Shown in pieces: positions 53,501 to 64,000 of a DNA stretch of 64,000 nt; position 1 is the stretch's first letter; each line of letters begins with the position of its first letter. The translations under genes were made by a program, and so were the position numbers. The DNA comes from the human T2T-CHM13v2.0 reference genome, Homo sapiens. Below the pieces are notes generated by a model. It worked only from the letters and a program-made list of their open reading frames with translations, was not told where the DNA came from and searched no databases. Location of the stretch: the NCBI RefSeq assembly GCF_009914755.1, contig NC_060935.1, one strand, 5' to 3'.

Positions 53501-55954
53501 TGTCTTAGATTGCTCTCTAAGAGTTTTAAGGTTTTATATTTCACATTTAAAGCTGTGATTCATTTTGAGTTAATTTTTATATAAGGTATGAGGTTTAGGT
53601 TGGGGTTCATTTTTTTGCCTATGAATATCCAATTGTCTCAGCACTACTTATTGAAAAAAGGCTTCCTCCATTGAATTGTTTCTGAACCTGCTCAAAAATC
53701 AAATGGCTGCATTCACATGGATCTATTTGTCAATTCACTATTTTGTTCCATCTTTGTATCTTTCCACCAATACCACAGTGTTAATTACTGTTGATATATA
53801 AAAACTCTCAATGTTAGATAAAGTGATTCATCTCATTTTTTCTTCTTTTTTAGAATTGTATCAGCTATTCTAATTTCTTTGCTCTTCCCTATAAATTTAG
53901 ATTATTCTTTTCACATACTGAAAATACTGTGCTCAGATATTCATTGCACTGGTGTTAAACCTGTACATCAATTTGGGGAGAACAGACACCACTGTATTGA
54001 GTCTTATAATTCCCAAAAGCAACATATCTTTATTTAGATCTTCTTTGATTTCTTCCATCAGCATATTGTAATTTTCATCATCAAGTACTATACTGGTTTG
54101 TTAGATTTATACTTGAGTATTTCATTTTTGAACTATTATCAGTGGTACTGTGTTTATTCCAGTTCCACACGTTTACTGCTAATATGGAAATACTATTGCT
54201 TTTTTATAACTATCTTGTATTCTGTAACTTTTCTGAACTCACTTATTACTTCTTGAAGTTTTTGGTATATTCTTGGAATCTTCTACATATACCATCATGT
54301 CATCTACAAATGACAGTTTTATTCCGCCTTTCTGATCTGTATGACTTTTAAGCCTATTCTTCCTTCACTGACTAGAATTTCCCCAACTATGTTGCATAGC
54401 ACTGGGGAGAGTGAGAATTCTCTCCCATCTGTTCCCAATTTTAGGGGCAAGCATTCAGTTGGTAACTATTAAGTAGGATGTTAGCTATAGGTTTTTCTGT
54501 AGATATTGTTCATCAAGTTGAGGAAGTTGCCCTATTTTGCTAGTGTTCTGAGATTTTTTAAATTATGAGTAGATGTTGAATTTCATCAAATTCCTTATGT
54601 TCATCTATTTATATGATCCTGTGATTTTTCTCCTTTAGACCTGTAATATACACCACTTGGTCACTGTGTATAATTTTTTACATATCACTGAATTCTATTT
54701 GCTAATATTTTGTTAAAGATTTTTGCATCTATATTCATTAAAAATATTGGGCTATGGTCTTCTTTTTTTGTGTGTGCCATTTTGCCTGCTTTTGCTAATA
54801 GGGTAATACTGGGTTCATAGAATAAGTTAAGAAGTGTTCTTTCCACATCTGTTTTCTGAAAGAAATTGTATAGAATTGAAGTTCTTTTTTAAACATTTAG
54901 TGAATTATGCTGTGATATTGTTAAAAGGAAGTTTTTACGTCATAAATTCAATTTCATGGCTGTAGGGCTATTCAAATTATCAATTTCATATGGGTTAGCT
55001 TATACTTTTCAATTAATTTATTTATGTCATTTCAGTTGTCAAATTAATATGTGTATAGATGTTTGTAGTATTCTCTTATTCTCTTTTTGTGTCTGCAGAG
55101 TCTGTAGTGATATCCCTGTTTTTCTGGGCTTAGTAATTTGCATCTTTTCTCTCTTATCTTGGACAAACCTTCTGGAGGTTTGTCAGTTTTATTGTCTTAA
55201 AAACGAGCCTCTCTCTCACAGTTTTCTTTCCATTGTTTTTCTGTATCCAATTCATTGAATTCTGATCTTAGCCTTATTATCCTCCTTCTTCTGCTTCCTT
55301 TGGATTTGTTTTCTTCTTGTTTTCTACTTTACTTTTCTTCTTTTTCAACATTTTTGAAGTAAAGGCTTAGATTATTGATTTTAGCCTTTTTCTTTTTTTA
55401 ACGTAAGCATCTAGTACTCTATGATGCCCACTAAACATTGATTTAACTGTACCCCATAAATTTTAAGTACTGTATTTTTATTAAGTTCAATTTTTGTATT
55501 TCCCTTGTGACTGCCTCTTTGATCCAAGGATTGTTTATAAATATGTTATTTTGTTTCCAAGTGCCTGGAGAGTTTCCTGCTACATTCTGTGATTTTTGTC
55601 TCCTTCAATTTCTTTATGGTCAGGAACACACAGTGTGAATTGCATTCTTCTAAAATTATATAGATTATGTACAATCCGTCTTGATATATATTCTGCAAGT
55701 GCTGGAAAAAACATGTATTCTACTCATGTGAGGTGGACTGTTCTATAACTATTAATGGCATCCTGTTGGTTGATGGTGAGTGTTGGGTTCCTCTATATCC
55801 TTGCTGATTTTCTGTCTAGTTGTTCTATAAATTGCTGAGAAATAAATATTAAATTCTTCAACTATAATTGTATATTTGCCTTTACCTCAATTCAGTTTAT
55901 TATTTTTTCCTTTATATATGTTGTAGCCCACTCGTTTGGTGCCTACACATTTAG

Positions 55955-56407
<453 letters not shown>

Positions 56408-56921
56408 TAGGATTGCTATTTCTTTGTGATGGATTAACATTTTTATTAAGTAATGTCCGTCTTTGTCCTTGGAAATTTTTTTGCTGTGAAATATACTTTG
56501 TCTAATATTTATATAGCCATACTTTCATTCTTTTAATTCTTGTTTGCATGATATATCCTTTCCTTCTTTTTAATTCTAAGCTACTATATCTGAGGTGAGT
56601 TTTTCTGTACACAGAATACAATTGTGTCATTTTTGTTTCCACTCTGCCATATTCTTTCTTTTATTTGTTATTAAATGAAAGAGACATGAAACATCAGAAG
56701 GTAAGAAAAATTAAAGAGTAAATACAACAAACTTTTCTTTTGAGTTTTAAAAATTATGTTTGAGAATTGAAGCAAAAATTATAACACTACCTAATGTGGT
56801 ACTCAGTGTATGTGAAAGAATTGTTTAAGACAATTATAAGTGAGAGAAGGTAAAGAAGTTAAAAAGGAAGTAAGGTTTCCCCACTTCACTCAAACTGATA
56901 AAATGGACAGTTATGATTTTA

Positions 56922-57262
56922 CAGGCATACCTCAGAGATATTATGGGTTCAGTTCCAGACCACCTCATTTAGGTGACTATCACAATAAAGCAAGTCACAC
57001 AATTTTTTTGCTTTCCCAGTGCATATAAAAGTTTACACTATACTGTAGTCTATTAAATGTGCAATAGCATTATGTCTTTAAAAAGTATATGGCTTAATTA
57101 AAAAATACTTTATTGCTAAAAATGCTGACACAACAACACTAAATGGGCACATGCTGCTGGAAAATGGTGCTAATAGACCTGCTTAATGTAGGATTGCCAC
57201 AGACCTTTAATCTATTTAAAAAATACAATATATGTAAAGCAAAATAAAACAAGGTATGCCCA
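56922..57262. mobile_element. Internally deleted Tigger1 (TcMar) element
   Basis: TA|caggcatacctc ... aaggtatgccca|TA. Confidence 0.8.
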
Positions 57263-59465
57263 TATAATGCAACACCTAGAGAAGCCACTAAAAATGCTAT
57301 AAAAAGATATCTAATAAAAACACTATACAAAAAAAAAGACTATAGATGCACCAAAATGGGATTATAAGAAAAAGTTCAAGTGACCCACAGAAATGCAGGA
57401 AAAAGAAAAGAGAGAAACAAGAAAGAAAAAGAACAGTTCATTTTAAAAATGGCATACAACTGTAGCATATCAATGACCACATAAAATGTACATTGTTTTC
57501 TTCATTTTTAGAACAATAATGGCCATAAATTCCCATTGTAAAAGTGAAAGTAGAAGTTCAGAAGTTTATAAGTTTGGAAAATAATGTTCTTTTTCACCTA
57601 ATCCCACATCCATGAATAACTGTACTTGAATTTGCTGTGCACACTTTCTGGCAATTATCCATGAGTAAATAATGACAGTGGAAGCAAGAGACAGTAGGAG
57701 TGAGAGAGAGTTTGGTTTTTCAGAGAATCCACAAGCTACTTATTTTTTGGTGGCGGGCTTGGGGGGATTCTTTATTTTCCTTTGAACTTTTATTTTAAGT
57801 TCAGGGGTACATGTTCACAATGTGCAGGTTTGTCAGACAGTTACATGTGTGCCATGGTGGTTTCCTACGCAAATCATCCCATCACCTTGGTATTAAGCCC
57901 AACACCCATTAGCTAGTCTTCCTGATGTTCTCCTTACACCCACACCCAATAACAGGCCCCAATCTGTGTTGTTCCCTGACATGTGTTCATGTGTTCTCAT
58001 TACTCAGCTCCCACTTATAAGTGAGAACATGTGGTGTCTGGTTTTCTGTTCCTGTGTTAGTTTGCTGAGGATAATGGCTTCCCACTTCATCCAGGTTTCT
58101 GCAAAGGACAAAATCTCATTCCTTGTCCACTGGTATGTCATGGTGTGTATTACCAAATTTTCTTTATCGAGTCTATCATTGATGGGCATTTGGGTTGATC
58201 CATGTCTTTGCTATTGTGAATAGTGCTGCAATGAACTTATGTGTGCATGTATCTTTATAATAGAATGATTTATATTCCTTTGGGTATATACCCAGTAATG
58301 GGATTGTTGGGTCAAATGGTATTTCTGCCTCTAGGTCTTTGAGTGATCATCACACTAACTTCCACAATAGTTGAACTAATTTACACTCCCACCAACAGTA
58401 TAAAAGCATTCCTTTTTCTCTGCAACCTCACCAACATCTGTTGTTTTTTGACTTTTTAATAATTGCCATTCTGATTGGCATAAAATGCTATCTCAATGTG
58501 ATTTTGATTTGCATTTTGTTAGTGATCAGTGATACTGAGCTGTTTTTCATGTTTATTGGCCACATGTATGTCTTTTTTTTGAGTAGTGTCTGTTCACATC
58601 CTTTGCCCACTTTTTAATGGGGTTGTTTGTTTTTTGCTTGTAAATTTAAGTTCCTTGTAGACTGGATATTAGATCTTTGTCAGATGGATAGACTGCAAAA
58701 ATTTTCTCCAGTTCTTTCGATTATCTGTTCACGCTGATGAGTTTCTTTTGCTGTGCAAAAGCTCTTTAGTTTAATAGGATTCCATTTGTCAATTTTTGCT
58801 TTTGTTGAAATTGCTTTTGGTGTCTTCTTCATGAAATATTTGCCCATGCTTATCTCCTGAATGGTACTGCCTAGATTTTCTTCTAGAGTTTTTGAAGTTT
58901 GGGGTTTTACATTTAAGGCTTTAATCCATCTTGAGTTTATTTTTGTGTAGGGTGTGAGGAAGGGGTCCAGTTTGAATTTTCTGCATATGGCTAGCCAGTC
59001 CTCCCACCACCATTTATTAAATAAGGAATTCTTTCCCCATTGCTTGTTTTTGTCAGGTTTGTCAAAGATCAGATGGTTGTAGGTGTGCAGTCTTATTTCT
59101 GAGTTCCCTATTATGTTCCATTGGTCTATGTGCCTTTTTTTTTTTTTTTTACCAATACCATGATGTTTGGGTTGCTAGAGCCTTGTAGTATAGATTAAGG
59201 TCAGGTAGAGTGATGCCTCCAGCTTTGTTCTGTTTGCCTAGCATTATCTTGGCTATTCTGGCTCTTTTTTGGTTCCACATGAATTTTAAAATAGTTTCTT
59301 CTAATTCTGTGAAGAATTTCAATGGTAGTGTAATGATAATAGCATTGAATATATAAATTGGGCAGTACGACCACTTTCATGACATTGATTCTTCCTACCC
59401 ATGAGCATAGAATATTCTTCCATTTGTTTGTGTTTTCTCTGATTTCCTTGAGCAGTGGTTTCTAG

Positions 59466-61651
<2,186 letters not shown>

Positions 61652-62224
61652 TGAATCTGGATGCTCCTGTGTTGGGTGCATATATATTTAGGGTAGTTAG
61701 CTCTTTTTCTTTAATTGAACCCTTTACCATTATCTAATGCTGTTCTTTGTCTTTTTTTTTTCTGGGTTGGCTTAGTCTGATTTTTCAGAAACTAGGATTG
61801 TGACCCCTGCTTTTTTCTGTTTTACATTTGCTTGGTAAATTTTCCTCCATCCCTTTATTTTGACCCTATGTGTGTCTTTGCATATGAGATGCGTCTCTGG
61901 AAGACAGCATATCAGTGGGCCTTGACTGTATCCAGCTTTCCATTCTGTGTGTTTTAATTGGGGCATTTAGCCCATTTACATTTAAGGTTAATATTGTTAT
62001 GTATGAATTTGATCCTGTCATCATGATGTTAATTGATTATTTTCCAGATTTGTCTATGTGGTTACTTCATAGTGTCACTGATCAGTGTGCTTCAGTGTGT
62101 TTTCGTAGTGGCTGGTAACAGTTTTTCCTTTCCATATTTAGTGCTTCCTTCTGGAGCTCTTGCAAGGCAGGCCTGGTGGTGATGAATTCCCTCAGCATTT
62201 GCTTGTCTAAGAAGGATCTTTTTA

Positions 62225-62524
<300 letters not shown>

Positions 62525-64000
62525 AACACTTTTAACTTTTCTGGGCCAAAAATTATCTTATTTCTCCTTCATTTATGAAGCTTAGTTCAGCTGGATTTGA
62601 AATTCTGGGTTGGAAATTTTTTTCTTTAAGAATGTTGAATATTGGCCACCAATCTCTTCTGGCTTGTAGGGTTTCTGCTGAGAGATCCACTGTTAGTTTT
62701 ATTGGCTCCCCTTTGTAGGTGACCTATCCTTTCTCTCTGGCTGCCTTGAACATTTTTTCCCTCATTTCATCCTAGGAGAATCTGAAAATTATGTGTCTTG
62801 GGGTTGGTCTTCTTGTGGAGTACCTTGCTGGCATTCTCTGAATTTCCTGAATTTGAATGTTGGCCTGTCTTGCTAGGTTGGGGAAGTTCTCCTGGATGAT
62901 ATCCTGGAGTATGTTTTCCAAATTGATTTTGTTCTCCTATCTCTTTCAGGTACCCCAACTGGTCATAGGTTTGATCTTTTCACATAATCCCATATTTCTT
63001 GGATATTTTGTTTGCTCCTTTTCATTCTTTTTTCTCTATTTTTGTCTGCCTGTCTTATTTTAGAAAGATAGTCTTCATACTCTGAGACTCTTTCCTCCAA
63101 TTAGTCTATTCTGCTATTAATACTTGTTATTGCATTATGAAGTTCTCAAGTTGTGCTTTTCAGCTCCATCAGGTCAGTTATGTTCCTCTCTAAACTGGCT
63201 ATTCCGGTTATCACCTCATGTATTGTTTTATTGGGTTCTTAGTTTCTTTGCATTGGGTTACAGCATGCTCCTTTAGCTCAACAAAGTTTGCTATTACTCA
63301 TCTTCTGAAGCCTACTTCTGTCAATTCAACCATCTCAGCCTCAGCCCAGTTCTGTGCCCTTGCTGGAGAGGTATTGCAGGCATTGGAAGGAGAAGAGGCA
63401 CTCTGTTTTTTTGAATTTTCAGTGTTTTTGAGTTAATTATTTCTCATCTTTGTGGGCTTATTTACTTTCAATGTTTGAGGCTGCTGATCTTTCAATGGGA
63501 TTTTTTTGTGGGGTCTTTTTTGTTGATGTTGTTGTTTTCTGTTTGTTTTACCTTTAACAACCAGGCCACTTGTTTGTAAGGCTGCTGCAGTTTGCTGGGG
63601 GTCTGTTCCAGACCCCAGTTGCCTCTGTTTTTCCCAAACCTGGAGGTATCACCAATAAGGACTGTGAGAGAGCAAAGATGGTAGCCTGCTCCTTCCTCTG
63701 GAAGGTCCATCCCAGGGGCGTACTGAGCTGTTGTTGGCCCAAGTGCTTTTGTAGGGGGTGTCTGGAGACCCCTGTTGGGAGGTCTCACCCAGTCAGAAGG
63801 GACAGGCTAAGGGACCCACTTAAAGAAGCAGTCTGACTGTTTTTTTGCTAAAGCAGGTGTGTTGTGTTGGGGGGACCCTTCCTTGTCTGAACCACCTGGA
63901 CTCTCTAGAGCCAGCAGGGTGGGAAGACTGAGTCGAACGAACTACAGAGATGGTGGCCAGCCCTCCACTTGGGGGCTCTATCCCAGGGAGAGATCAGAGT

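Overview
Primate, most likely human, genomic DNA (inferred from a near-consensus AluYb8 at 48411-48722). The only gene-derived sequence is the 3' part of an unprocessed fatty acid desaturase 2-like pseudogene (FADS2B/FADS2P1) on the + strand. It has 8 exons equivalent to FADS2 exons 5-12 (6163-23229). Exon lengths and phases are conserved and there is no frameshift, but it carries three nonsense codons, one destroyed splice acceptor and an altered His-box. The rest is dominated by transposable elements: LINE-1 of several ages, Alu, THE1/MST, solo LTRs, a truncated class I ERV (LTR, tRNA-Pro PBS, gag, start of pro), MER/Tigger DNA transposons, and MIR/L2. Nearly all ORFs in the supplied track come from these repeats. 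I find no new gene system. The unusual signal is the L1 architecture: (1) a ~1.9-kb-arm fold-back palindrome where a young L1 joins an old antisense L1 at the homologous nucleotide; (2) the same site in L1 ORF2 hit twice in nested L1s; (3) a patchwork of shared non-consensus variants among local L1 copies, suggesting ectopic gene conversion; (4) a chimeric L1 block with 5'-transduced L1 sequence. Repeat subfamily names and consensus comparisons are from recalled sequences, not alignments, and boundaries of old repeats are approximate.
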